This document shows, piece by piece, positions 44,455-54,148 of a stretch of 64,000 nt of DNA. The translations under genes and the position numbers were made by a program. Numbering within the stretch: the stretch's first letter is position 1; every line of letters begins with the position of its first letter. The notes under the pieces were generated by a model. The model was not told the origin of the DNA and made no database searches. It saw nothing but the letters and a program-made list of their open reading frames with translations. Origin of the DNA: Alphaproteobacteria bacterium (GTDB lineage Bacteria; Pseudomonadota; Alphaproteobacteria; Caulobacterales; Aquidulcibacteraceae); NCBI GenBank assembly GCA_031400895.1, contig JANNQT010000176.1:3-64002 (forward strand), given 5' to 3'.

Positions 44455-44529
44455 GCGGGCGTAGCTCAGGGGTAGAGCACAACCTTGCCAAGGTTGGGGT
44501 CATGAGTTCGAATCTCATCGCCCGCTCCA
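44455..44529 (+). tRNA. tRNA-Gly(GCC)
   Basis: GCGGGCG acceptor stem, CAACC-TTGCCAA-GGTTG anticodon arm, TTCGAAT T-loop, encoded CCA; 75 nt. Confidence 0.97.
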
Positions 44530-44626
44530 ATTTACTGTTCGTCGCGAGCCGCTGGCTAAGCCTCAAGAATGGCTTATGAATTTGGCCGTGCGGCTTGGAC
44601 GTGTCGCGCTAGCAGCGGGGGCGGCG

Positions 44627-46066
44627 ATGCGGGGATTTGTGCTGGCTTTGGCGCTGTTCGGGGGCGCCAGCTTGGCGGCGGCGCAGGAGCGCGTGCCGGG
44701 GCATGTGGTCGCCATCAACCCGCCGGCCCAGCAGGCGGAGGCGGCGGAGGTGGCGCCGGCGGTGCGCGAGACCATCGCCCGCCTGCAGGCCACCGCGCTT
44801 GAAAGCGATCACGCCTATGCCATCGCCGAAAGCCTGGTGACCGAGGTCGGGCCGCGCCTGGCTGGTTCGGAAGCGGAAGCGCGGGCGCGCGACTGGGCAG
44901 TTGCGATGCTGCGCGCCAACGGCTTCACCAACGTGCACATCGAGAATTTCACGCTTCCGTATTGGGACGCCACGCGCGAGCAGGCTCAGATCGTCTCGCG
45001 CCCCGGCGCGCAGCCGATGGTGGCGGCGGCCTTGGGCGGCTCGCCTTCGACGCCAACGGGTGGGCTCGAAGCGGAAGTAGTGCGCTTTGCCGATCTCGCC
45101 GCGCTCGAGGCCGCGCCCAATGCGGCGGTGGCGGGGCGCATCGTCTTCATCGACGAGCGCATGATCGCCATGCAGGACGGCTCTGGCTACGGCGTCGCCG
45201 TGCGCAAGCGCGGGCGCTGCGCGCCGGTGGCGCAGGCGAAGGGCGCGGCGGCGTGCCTGATCCGCTCGGTCGGCACCGATCCGCATCGCTTCGCCCACCA
45301 GGGCGGCTCGTCACGTCAGCAGGACGGCGCGTCCTTGCCGGCGATGGCGATTTCGCCAGCCGACGCCGACGTGCTGGCGCGCCTGGTCGCGCGCGGGCCG
45401 ACGCGCGTGCGCATGCTGATCGAGGCCGACATTCGCGAGAATGCGCCTTCCGGCAATGTCATCGCCGAAATCCGTGGCCGCGAGCGGCCCGAGGAGATTG
45501 TGCTGCTGGCGGCGCATCTCGATTCCTGGGATTCGGGGCAGGGGGCGCTCGACGATGGCGCGGGCGTCGCTATCATCACCGCCGCGGCGCGGCTGATCGA
45601 TCAATTGCCGCGCAACCCGCGCCGCACCATTCGCATCTTGCTGGCCGGCGCGGAGGAAAACGGCATCCATGGCGGGACTGCCTATGGCGCGGCGCACGTG
45701 GGCGAAACCCATATCGTGGCGCTGGAAAGCGATTTCGGGGCAGGGCGGGTTTACAGTCTCAACACCCGTTTCGCCGAGCCGGCGCTGCCGTACGCGCGCG
45801 CGTTCGAGCGGGCGCTGGCGCCGCTGGGCGTGCTGCCCGGCAACAACGAGGCGTCCGGCGGCGCCGATACCGGCGCGCTACGGCAAGCTGGCGTGCCGGT
45901 CGTGGACCTCAACCAGGATGGCCTCGATTATTTCGATTATCACCATACGCCGGACGATACGCTCGATAAGATAGATCCCGCCGCGCTCCGCCAGAACGTG
46001 GCGGCGTGGGCGACATTTGTGTATCTTGCCGCGGAGAGCGACTGGGTGTTTTCCGCGCCGCGCTGA
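44627..46066 (+). CDS. Secreted M28-family metallopeptidase (PA domain)
   Basis: Signal peptide; GPRLAGS, AHLDSWD, GALDDGAG, AEENG, ESDFG, YHHTPDDT. Confidence 0.92.
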   Translation: MRGFVLALALFGGASLAAAQERVPGHVVAINPPAQQAEAAEVAPAVRETIARLQATALESDHAYAIAESLVTEVGPRLAGSEAEARARDWAVAMLRANGFTNVHIENFTLPYWDATREQAQIVSRPGAQPMVAAALGGSPSTPTGGLEAEVVRFADLAALEAAPNAAVAGRIVFIDERMIAMQDGSGYGVAVRKRGRCAPVAQAKGAAACLIRSVGTDPHRFAHQGGSSRQQDGASLPAMAISPADADVLARLVARGPTRVRMLIEADIRENAPSGNVIAEIRGRERPEEIVLLAAHLDSWDSGQGALDDGAGVAIITAAARLIDQLPRNPRRTIRILLAGAEENGIHGGTAYGAAHVGETHIVALESDFGAGRVYSLNTRFAEPALPYARAFERALAPLGVLPGNNEASGGADTGALRQAGVPVVDLNQDGLDYFDYHHTPDDTLDKIDPAALRQNVAAWATFVYLAAESDWVFSAPR

Positions 46067-46116
46067 TGTCGATCCGGGACGACCCAGAGCGTCATTGTGT
46101 TTGGGAGGGCCGCGAG

Positions 46117-46608
46117 ATGAGCCTGATGAAATCCGTGCTGATTGCGGTGGCGCTGCTCGGCAGCGCCTGCGTAGCGCAAGCGCAGACAGAGCAGCCCGCG
46201 CGAGCGGCGACGATCGAAGACGCGTCCTGGCTTGCCGGGCGCTGGGTCGGCGAAGGCTTCGGCGGGCAGATGGAGGAGACCTGGACGCCGCCCGTCGGCG
46301 GGCAGATGGTTGGCCATTTCCGCTACTGGCGCGAGGGGCAGCCGCAATTCTACGAATTCCTAATGATGGATGTGGTCGAGGGCGGCGTGCGCATGCGGGT
46401 GAAGCACTTCAATCCTGACATGGTCGGCTGGGAAGAGAAGGACGGCTGGGTGACGTTCGAGCCGGGGTCGGTCGGGCCCGACGCGCTGGTGTTCGACGGC
46501 TTTGAAATAAGACGCGAAGGCGCCGATCGCGTGGTGATGCGATTGCGCATGCGCCGCGGCGATGCGGTCGAGGAGGAAGTGATGCACTTTCAGCGCGCGC
46601 CGCTATAA
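46117..46608 (+). CDS. DUF6265-type secreted protein
   Basis: Signal peptide; WLAGRWVG...EETW..P.GGQMVG, FYEF, KHF. Confidence 0.75.
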   Translation: MSLMKSVLIAVALLGSACVAQAQTEQPARAATIEDASWLAGRWVGEGFGGQMEETWTPPVGGQMVGHFRYWREGQPQFYEFLMMDVVEGGVRMRVKHFNPDMVGWEEKDGWVTFEPGSVGPDALVFDGFEIRREGADRVVMRLRMRRGDAVEEEVMHFQRAPL

Positions 46609-46615
46609 AGGCGCG

Positions 46616-47152
46616 ATGTTCGATGCGCGCGACGCGCCCCGGCTTGAAACCGAGCGCCTGATCTTGCGCGGCTGGCGCGAGGAGGATCTCGATGCGCTGG
46701 CCGCGATGATGGCCGACGCGGAAGTCGCGCGCTTCCTCACCGGCGACCAGCGCCCGCAGGACCGCGCCACGGCATGGCGCAGTCTGGCGCTCTTCGTCGG
46801 CCATTGGGCGTTGCGAGGTTATGGCTTGTTCGCGGTGGAGGAGAAGGCGAGCGGCGCGTTCGTCGGCCGCGTCGGCGCCTGGCAGCCGGAATGTTGGGTC
46901 GGGTTCGAGTTGGGCTGGGGCCTCGCGCGCGAGCATTGGGGCAAAGGCTACGCCGTCGAAGCGGCGCGCGCGGCCGGAGATTGGGTGTTCGACAATTTCC
47001 CGCTGGAGCGCTTGGTCAGCCTTATCCACGCTGACAACGCACGCTCGCAGGCGCTGGCAGAACGCCTCGGCATGCACGTGCGCAACACGACGCTCCACGC
47101 CGGCATGCCGCACGATATCTGGGAGGTCGCAAGGGCGGATTGGTCAAGATAA
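46616..47152 (+). CDS. RimJ/RimL-type GNAT acetyltransferase
   Basis: LETERLILR, ELGW.L..EHWGKGYAVEAA, NARSQALAERLG. Confidence 0.9.
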   Translation: MFDARDAPRLETERLILRGWREEDLDALAAMMADAEVARFLTGDQRPQDRATAWRSLALFVGHWALRGYGLFAVEEKASGAFVGRVGAWQPECWVGFELGWGLAREHWGKGYAVEAARAAGDWVFDNFPLERLVSLIHADNARSQALAERLGMHVRNTTLHAGMPHDIWEVARADWSR

Positions 47153-47178
47153 CCCCCGGACCCGCCGGCTTCCGGTCG

Positions 47179-47215
47179 TTCCGGGTTCTCGGCTCTTGCC
47201 GAGCCCCGGAATGAC
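47179..47215. repeat. Half copy (right arm) of a CGTC-type REP-like element
   Basis: TTCCGGGTTCTCGGCTCTTGCCGAGCCCCGGAATGAC closely matches 61203-61238. Confidence 0.7.
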
Positions 47216-47268
47216 ATTGAAGCCGGCGGTGCGGTGTGGTTGTTGAAGGCGCTCGAAGGAGGCGACCC

Positions 47269-47649
47269 ATGCTTGGCAAAACCATCCCCGCAATCATGAT
47301 GGTCAGCGGCCTGCTGACGCTGACCATGCTCTACGCCGCGATTGCGCCGGCGGCGGCGGTGCAGCAGATGTTCCAGGAGACGCCGCAACAGGCGATGGCC
47401 GCAATCGTGGTTCCCAATTGGGGTGTGCTGATCGGGCTGATGGGGGCGCTGCTGATCTTCGGCGCGTTCAATCCAGGTTCGCGCCGTCTCGCGCTTGCGG
47501 TCGCGGGGGCGAGCAAGCTTGCGTTCATTGGTTTGGTGCTGGCGCAGGGGGAGCGCTATCTCGCCGGCGTCGGCCTCGCCGTCGCCATCGATAGCGTGAT
47601 GGTCGTGCTGTTCGCGGTGTTCCTGTTTCTGACGAAGCCTGCCGCCTAG
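47269..47649 (+). CDS. Hypothetical four-TM membrane protein
   Basis: GGAGG RBS; hydrophobic segments; NWG.LIGL.G motif. Confidence 0.7.
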   Translation: MLGKTIPAIMMVSGLLTLTMLYAAIAPAAAVQQMFQETPQQAMAAIVVPNWGVLIGLMGALLIFGAFNPGSRRLALAVAGASKLAFIGLVLAQGERYLAGVGLAVAIDSVMVVLFAVFLFLTKPAA

Positions 47650-48019
47650 AACCACCTAGCCTCCCGCAGCGGGCGCACATTTGGGCGGCTTACCGGCGCT
47701 TCGACCCCGCCTTTGAGCAGCAGCACCACGCGTTCGCCGTCGCGGCGTGCGCTCTCAACCGCCTCGCGCGCCACCCACCAGGAACGGTGCGTTTGCGCGC
47801 CTTCGATCCCGCCCAGTTCGGCGATGGCGTCGGCGAGACGCATCAGGATGAGGTCGCTGCCCTTGGGTGTGTGGAGGCGCAGATAGTGGTCCTCCGCCGA
47901 GACGGCGTAGAGCAGGGCGCCTTCGTGATCTTGTCGCTGCCGAAGGGCAGGGGGCTGCACAAGACGCTGGGCTGGCTGCGGGTAACCGCCATGGGCGTCA
48001 CCGCCGTGTCGCGCTTCAT
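47646..48019 (-). pseudogene. Truncated LytTR DNA-binding domain gene
   Basis: AVSAEDHYLRLHT, LMRLADAI.EL, QTHRSWWV, PVSRP are intact; the usual N-terminal membrane region is absent and the ATG at 48019 is out of frame with the domain. Confidence 0.6.
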
Positions 48020-48100
48020 GTTCTAGTTGTTTTTCTGAGCACTGGGCGCGGCGTTTTCGCATTTGGGGACGGGCGCGAAGCGGGCTAGAAGCGCCGGCTC

Positions 48101-49330
48101 ATGCCAAGCTTGCTGCGCAACGTCGGCGCGCTGATCGCCGCCATCGCCATCCTGCAGCTCGCGGGCGGCTTGCTGGGCGTGCGCCTGCCGCTCGCTTTCA
48201 TCGCCGACGGACATTCCCCCGAGGAGCTGGGCAATGTCGCGGCCGCTTACTCGGCGGGCTTCATGCTGGGGGCGATGGCAGCGACTACGCTGTTGTCGCG
48301 CGTCGGCCATATCCGCGTCTACGCCGCCTGCGCGGCGATGTTCTCGACCGCGACCTTGGCGCTGCATTTTTCCGGCGACGTCTGGACCTGGGGCGTGACC
48401 CGCATGGCCGCCGGCGCCTCGGTGGCGCTGATGTTCGCGGCGATCGAGAGCTGGATGAATTTCGCCATCGGCGCGCGCGTGCGCGGCGAGGTGCTGAGCG
48501 TTTACATGGTGATGACCAAGGCGGCGTTGGCGCTGGGGCCGTTCCTGGCGTTCGGCTACGCCCCGGAGGCGCCAGAGCCCTGGATGATCGCGGCGGCGCT
48601 GGCGGCGCTGTCTATGGTGCCGGTTTGTTTTACCCCCGCCGCCCCGCCCGAGCGGCCCAAGGCGCAGCCGCTGGCGCTGGTTGAGCAATTCGCCATCGCT
48701 CCCGCCGCCGTGATCGCCAGTTTTGGCGCGGGCCTGGTCAATGGCGGCGTGCTCGCGTTCGCGCCGCTCTACGCCTCGCAACATTACGGCGCCAACGCGG
48801 CGGTGGAATTCTATTCCGCCGCCTTCACGGGCTCGTTGCTGCTGCAATGGCCGGCGGGGCGCTGGTCGGACCGGGTGGACCGCCGGCTTGTGATCGCCGC
48901 GCTGGCGGGATTGGCGGCGCTGGCCTCGTTCGCCCTGGCGCTAGGGAGCGGGCAGCTGCCGAGCTTGTCGGCGGCGTTATTGTTTTTCGTGTGGGGCGCC
49001 GGCGCGCTGAGCTTCTACGGCATCGCTGTGGCGCACATGGCCGACCGCGCCGCGCCGGGCAAGCTCGCACAATCGGTGGCGGGGCTGCTGTTCGTCTGGG
49101 CCGGCGGCTCGATCCTCGGGCCGATGATCATGGGGCCGTTGGTCAAGGCGTTCGGCGTCGCCGGCCTGTTCTGGTTCTCCGGCGTGGCGGCGTTGGCGGT
49201 GAGCTTGGCCATGTTCTGGCGGCGCACCGCGCGCGAAGCCGCCACCAGCAAGGAAGAGTTCGCGCCCCAGACCGGCACCAGCGTCGCCGCCGGCGAGATC
49301 GCCTACGGCGAGGACAAGATCGCGCGCTGA
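48101..49330 (+). CDS. MFS transporter (YcaD-like)
   Basis: About 12 TM segments; RVGHIR, IESW, QWPAG.WSDRVDRR. Confidence 0.9.
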   Translation: MPSLLRNVGALIAAIAILQLAGGLLGVRLPLAFIADGHSPEELGNVAAAYSAGFMLGAMAATTLLSRVGHIRVYAACAAMFSTATLALHFSGDVWTWGVTRMAAGASVALMFAAIESWMNFAIGARVRGEVLSVYMVMTKAALALGPFLAFGYAPEAPEPWMIAAALAALSMVPVCFTPAAPPERPKAQPLALVEQFAIAPAAVIASFGAGLVNGGVLAFAPLYASQHYGANAAVEFYSAAFTGSLLLQWPAGRWSDRVDRRLVIAALAGLAALASFALALGSGQLPSLSAALLFFVWGAGALSFYGIAVAHMADRAAPGKLAQSVAGLLFVWAGGSILGPMIMGPLVKAFGVAGLFWFSGVAALAVSLAMFWRRTAREAATSKEEFAPQTGTSVAAGEIAYGEDKIAR

Positions 49331-49389
49331 ACTGGGCTTGGCGGCGCGGGCGGGGGGCCTGTAAGAGGGGCGCTTGATTTGAGGGCCCT

Positions 49390-50586
49390 ATGAACATTCA
49401 CGAATACCAAGGCAAGGCGTTGCTCAAGAGCTTCGGGGTTCCGGTCCCGCGCGGGTTCGCAGCGTTTACGGTGGCCGAAGCGGTGGACGCCGCCGCCAAA
49501 CTGGGCGGCTCGGTGTGGGCGGTGAAGAGCCAGATCCACGCCGGCGGTCGCGGCAAGGGCAAGTTCAAGGAACCGGAGGCGGGCGAAAAGGGCGGCGTGC
49601 GCATCGCCAAGGCGGCCGCGGACGTGAAGCTCTACGCATCGCAGATGCTCGGGCGCACTTTGGTGACGCTGCAGACAGGCGCCGCTGGCCGCGTTGTGAA
49701 CCGCATCTACATCGAAGAGGGCGTCCGAATCGCCAAGGAATTCTATCTCTCCGTGCTGGTCGATCGCGGCTCGGGGCGAGTGGCGTTCGTCGCGTCCGAA
49801 GCCGGCGGCATGAACATCGAGGAAGTCGCCCACGACACGCCGGAAAAAATCACCAACGTGCCGATCGATCCGCGCACCGGACCCACCCGCGCCGATGCCG
49901 ACAAAATCGCGCGCGCGTTCGGCGTGAGCGGGGGCCAGGCCGAGCAATGCGCCGAACTCGTGACCAAGCTCTATGAAGCCTTCACCAAGAGCGACATGAG
50001 CCTGCTCGAGATCAATCCGGTGATCGTCAGCGAAGAGGGCGCGCTTATCTGCGCCGACGCCAAGGTGAGCTTCGACTCCAACGCCGAGTTCCGCCACCAG
50101 GAATGGGCGGCGCTGCGCGATCTCGGCGAAGAAGACGAGCGCGAGGTCGAGGCCTCCAAATATGATCTCTCCTACATCGCCCTCGACGGCGAAATCGGCT
50201 GCATGGTCAATGGCGCAGGCCTCGCCATGGCGACCATGGACATCATCAAATTTTTCGGCGCCGAGCCGGCGAACTTCCTCGATGTCGGCGGCGGCGCTTC
50301 CAAGGAGAAGGTCACCGCTGCCTTCAAGATCATCACCGCCGACCCGAAAGTGAAAGGCATCCTGATCAACATTTTCGGCGGCATCATGAAATGCGACGTG
50401 CTCGCCGAGGGCGTGGTAGCGGCGGTGAAGGAAGTGGGCCTGGCAGTGCCGCTCGTGGTTCGGCTCGAAGGCACAAACGTGGATCTCGGCAAAAAAATCA
50501 TCCGCGAAAGCGGTCTCAACGTGATCCCGGCGGACGATTTGGAAGACGCGGCGCGGAAGATCGTGGCGGCGGTGCGGGGGGTGTGA
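49390..50586 (+). CDS. sucC: Succinyl-CoA synthetase beta subunit
   Basis: [44 protein letters not shown]. Confidence 0.98.
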   Translation: MNIHEYQGKALLKSFGVPVPRGFAAFTVAEAVDAAAKLGGSVWAVKSQIHAGGRGKGKFKEPEAGEKGGVRIAKAAADVKLYASQMLGRTLVTLQTGAAGRVVNRIYIEEGVRIAKEFYLSVLVDRGSGRVAFVASEAGGMNIEEVAHDTPEKITNVPIDPRTGPTRADADKIARAFGVSGGQAEQCAELVTKLYEAFTKSDMSLLEINPVIVSEEGALICADAKVSFDSNAEFRHQEWAALRDLGEEDEREVEASKYDLSYIALDGEIGCMVNGAGLAMATMDIIKFFGAEPANFLDVGGGASKEKVTAAFKIITADPKVKGILINIFGGIMKCDVLAEGVVAAVKEVGLAVPLVVRLEGTNVDLGKKIIRESGLNVIPADDLEDAARKIVAAVRGV

Positions 50587-50604
50587 AAAGACGGGAGGCG
50601 TGGC

Positions 50605-51261
50605 GTGTTTGAGACTCGCCCAGCAATGTCGGAAGAGGAGTTTGAACGCCTCGCCAAGCACCGTGAGCCAAGTTGGTGGGCCACCGGTGAAGGACTGATC
50701 TACCGGCCCGAAGTCATGAGCATGCCCGGCTGGCGAACCTAAGGGTCGCCCGACAACCTCAAGCTCACTGAAGCGCAGCGCTGTCTGATGATGTGGGGAG
50801 ACATTGTGGGGCAGGTGCAGAACGGTGGAGTGGCGCAATTTTTCGAAAATTATGCATCCTCCCTGGAACTGGCGGAGTCTTGCGTCGCTCAGCTAGGATG
50901 GTCTGAACTCTCCGAACGCTTCCGCCTCGGGTTCACCGACTATATTCACGTCGACGGGCGCGACGCGACCCTCGAAGAGTGGTGCAGACACAAGGCGAGC
51001 GAGCAAGAGCGGTACCGTCAGGAGACGCGCAAAATACTAAGGGAGTCTGGCGGTGAGAAGTTTGCGGCCAATCCGGACGAGGTGGATTGGTTCATGATGA
51101 TCTTTGGCGCCCGAGGCGACATCAAAATACAGGGCTGGAATTACGCACATATCGATGGTTTCAACGGGTGGTTTTATTCTGAAGCCACGAAGGCCGAGTC
51201 ATCAGCACGAATATGCGTCTTCGCACTCAGCCGCCGTGACGAGTTGGCGCGGATTGCCTAG
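50605..51261 (+). pseudogene. DMP19/DUF4375-like gene interrupted by an in-frame TAA
   Basis: GGAGG RBS plus GTG at 50605; same frame continues through TAA 50740-50742 into QVQNGGVAQFFEN; lower GC than flanks. Confidence 0.6.
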
Positions 51262-51314
51262 CGTGGAGCCGCGGCGGATGGCGGAGCGCTAATAGTCGTG
51301 TTACAAACAATTGC

Positions 51315-51551
51315 ATGACCGCCATCACCCTCCCGCCCGATCTGCTCGCCTGGGCCCGCGCCGAGGTCGCTGCCGGGCGCGGCGCGAGCATTGAGGATGT
51401 CGCGAAGAACGCGATTTCCCGCTATCGCACGCAAATGGAAACCTTCCGCCGCTCCCTCGATGAAGCGGAGGCGGAGGCGGACCGTGAGGGGGCGCTTGAT
51501 GCCGAGGCGGTGTTCGCCGAGTTGAAGGCGCGCTACGCGGATCCCGTGTGA
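51315..51551 (+). CDS. ParD-like antitoxin
   Basis: ITLPPDL..W...EVAAGR..S, acidic C-terminus; GTGA overlap with the toxin gene. Confidence 0.75.
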   Translation: MTAITLPPDLLAWARAEVAAGRGASIEDVAKNAISRYRTQMETFRRSLDEAEAEADREGALDAEAVFAELKARYADPV

Positions 51552-51856
51552 AAGTCGAGCTTACGCGTAAGGCGCGCGCCGATCTGATTGAGATCGGCGA
51601 CTATCTGGAGCGCGTCGCCGGCAGGCGCACGGCTTTTCGCTGGGTAGAGCGCCTTGAGACGAGGGCGCTTGGCCTGGCCAACCAGCCCTATGCAGGCGCC
51701 GAAGATTCCGAACTCGGTGGACGAAGGCGCGTCGTGGTGCGGCCATATCTCATAGTGTATCGGATCATATCGCTTGAATTGGTTCGCGTTGCGCGCGTAG
51801 TCCACGGCGCGCGTGATTTACCCGCGCTGTTTGGGGCAGAAGATGACTTAGGCTGA
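51548..51856 (+). CDS. RelE/ParE-family toxin
   Basis: LTRKARADL.EI.DY, LANQPYAG, YLIVYR, RVVHGARD. Confidence 0.88.
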   Translation: MKVELTRKARADLIEIGDYLERVAGRRTAFRWVERLETRALGLANQPYAGAEDSELGGRRRVVVRPYLIVYRIISLELVRVARVVHGARDLPALFGAEDDLG

Positions 51857-51860
51857 AGTC

Positions 51861-52439
51861 TCACTTCCCCATCACCGCCCGCTCGATCCGCCGGTCCGGC
51901 ACGAGCCAGAGCAGCGCCACCGCCACATAAGTGGCCTGCGAGATGCGCGGATCGTAGAAGGCCGCGCCAATCCCGGCGACGTAGAGCGCAATCGAGAGCG
52001 GGCTTTTCCAGTCGCCGCCGATGGCGCGCTTGAGCACATGGTCTTGCCCGTGCTCGCGGATGATCAGCGTTTGTAGCGCGAAATAAGAGAACGCCGGCGC
52101 CAGCAGCGAGACGCCGTACACCACGCTCGGCCATTTGGCGCCGTGGGTCTCGCCGAGCCAGGCGGTGGTGAACGGCAGCAGCGAGAGGAAGAACAACAGC
52201 ACCACATTCGCCCATAAAATCGCGCCGTTGACCCGCTCGACCGTGTGCATCATGTGATGGTGGTTGATCCAATAGATGGCGACATAGGCAAAACTCAGCA
52301 CGTAGCCCAGGAACGTCGGCCACACGTCCACCAGGGCCGCGAGCGTGGCCGCTTCCGGGGCGTGCATTTCCAGCACCATGATGGTGATGATGATGGCGAT
52401 GACGCCGTCGCTGAACGCGAGCAGCCGGTCTTTTTCCAT
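51861..52439 (-). CDS. TMEM175-family potassium channel (DUF1211)
   Basis: RLLAFSDGVIAIIITIMVL, YVLSF..V..YW.NHH, LLPFTT.W. Confidence 0.9.
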   Translation of the reverse strand: MEKDRLLAFSDGVIAIIITIMVLEMHAPEAATLAALVDVWPTFLGYVLSFAYVAIYWINHHHMMHTVERVNGAILWANVVLLFFLSLLPFTTAWLGETHGAKWPSVVYGVSLLAPAFSYFALQTLIIREHGQDHVLKRAIGGDWKSPLSIALYVAGIGAAFYDPRISQATYVAVALLWLVPDRRIERAVMGK

Positions 52440-52476
52440 TTTGCTTTCGCTCCGGATCGGTTAGATTGGAGGCAAC

Positions 52477-53121
52477 ATGAACGAGAATGCGGCGCCGGCC
52501 AAGCGTAAGACCATGCGGATCGCAGGCGCTTTGAGCGCCGTACTCGTCCTTGCGGCTACGGCCGCCGCGGCGGAGACGCCGTCCCTCAATCTGTTCAAGA
52601 GCGTGTGCGCTGCACACAATGCTGACGCCGCGGCGATTGAGCCTGACCTGCAGGCGCGGGGGTGGCGAACGCTGACGCCGGAAGAGGTCCAGCAGCACCC
52701 CTCAACCGAACTGACGCGTGGTTTCACCATGCATTGGACGCGTTTCCAGGCTTGGGGGCCCAGTGATGGAACGTCGCTCATTGTGCTGGTGGGCGATGGC
52801 TCGGTAAACGAGGGCGCGGCGCAGGGTAATTTCTGCCTGTTGGCGGATGCGGTAGGGTTCTCAAGGCAAACGCGCGAAGTCCGCGAGTGGCTGGGTTTCC
52901 GCCATGCTCAATCCTGGGGGCCTGGCGGCGACATTTTCGCTTATGTGCGCTCGCCCTCAGGAGAATTGCACAACGCGGCGGGCTTGAGTGGAAGTGAAGG
53001 CGCTGAGCCATTTGCGCAAGGGCGCATTGGCTTTGTGCAAGTGGTCGGTGACGAACACATGACATTGCTGAACTTCAGCGTCATTCATCCTCAACAGCAG
53101 GAGCAGGGAGCGCCCCCATGA
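52477..53121 (+). CDS. Hypothetical secreted protein
   Basis: GGAGG RBS, signal peptide, F..VC...D...L..RGW motif, second Cys later. Confidence 0.65.
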   Translation: MNENAAPAKRKTMRIAGALSAVLVLAATAAAAETPSLNLFKSVCAAHNADAAAIEPDLQARGWRTLTPEEVQQHPSTELTRGFTMHWTRFQAWGPSDGTSLIVLVGDGSVNEGAAQGNFCLLADAVGFSRQTREVREWLGFRHAQSWGPGGDIFAYVRSPSGELHNAAGLSGSEGAEPFAQGRIGFVQVVGDEHMTLLNFSVIHPQQQEQGAPP

Positions 53122-53485
53122 TCGGCTATGTTACGCTCGGAACAAACGACCTCGCACGCGCGGCGAAATTCTACGACGCCATCGCCGAGGCCATGGGAAC
53201 CAAGCGCATGATGGAGAGCGATACCTTTATCGCCTGGGGCGAGCCGGGCGGGGCCGCCGGCATCGGCTGACCAAGCCCTATGACGGCAAGGCCGCCACAA
53301 TCGGCAATGGCGTGATGGCGGCGCTGCAATGCAAGGACCGCGCGCAGGTCGATGCGGTCTATAACCTCGCCCGCTCATTGGGCGCGGCCGATGAAGGCCC
53401 CCCAGGCGAGCGCTTCCCCGGCTTCTACGCCGGCTATTTCCGCGACCCCGACGGCAACAAGCTCAACGTCTTCATCATGGGCTGA
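53118..53485 (+). pseudogene. VOC/glyoxalase family gene with a 1-nt frameshift
   Basis: MIGYVTLGTNDLARAAKFYD...GIG, TGA at 53268, then KPYDG...GNG...DEGPPGER...YAGYFRDPDGNKL in a shifted frame. Confidence 0.8.
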
Positions 53486-53545
53486 GGGGTTTTCCGGCGC
53501 TCGCTTCTCCTTTAAGCAGGCGCTTGGCGAAGCGCGGAGGAAATC

Positions 53546-54148
53546 ATGGCAAACACCGATCTTGGCCCTGCGCCCTCGCGCACCCTGATTTCGAAGGCGT
53601 TCGAGGGCGAGTTCGCGCCGCCGCCGCTTAGCGTGGCGGTGGTGAGCTTGGTTGAGCTCTGCCAGCGCGCCATGCCCGACCCGATCAAGCTGCGCGCGGC
53701 GCTGGTCGATGAGGCCAAGTTCGATATCGGCCCGAGCGCGCGCGCCGAGGAAAGCGCCCGCACCTGGGCGCTCGACTCCAAGCTGATCGCAGCCCCGGTG
53801 CGCAATTTGCGGCACGAGATATTCGGCCGCGAGCGCCAGGGCGAGCCGGTGGTTATGCTGCTGAGCGTTGGCGAGTCGGAGGGCAAGCAGGTGGTTTTCT
53901 GCACCTCCTTGTTCCGCGGCGTGATCGAGGCCGACGTGATCAAGGCCGTCTGTCACGTGACGCAAACGCAGCCATTCGGCGGCGGCAGGGTGACCAATGC
54001 CGACGGCGCCATTGTGCGGCGCGCGTTTTGGGATTTGCAAGGGGTGGCCGGCGTGCGCGGCATGGCCGCCTGCGGACCCAACAATGTCGAGGCGCTGGAC
54101 CTGCCCCGCGCGATAATCGCCTTCAATGTCACCGCCGCCAAGCCCTAA
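53546..54148 (+). CDS. Hypothetical protein
   Basis: GGAGG RBS; 200-aa ORF with host-like codon use; no family recognised. Confidence 0.65.
   Translation: MANTDLGPAPSRTLISKAFEGEFAPPPLSVAVVSLVELCQRAMPDPIKLRAALVDEAKFDIGPSARAEESARTWALDSKLIAAPVRNLRHEIFGRERQGEPVVMLLSVGESEGKQVVFCTSLFRGVIEADVIKAVCHVTQTQPFGGGRVTNADGAIVRRAFWDLQGVAGVRGMAACGPNNVEALDLPRAIIAFNVTAAKP

Noticed and set aside
44455-48100. Possible integrative island at tRNA-Gly
   Set aside because: No integrase, no duplicated tRNA 3' end and no clear composition shift.
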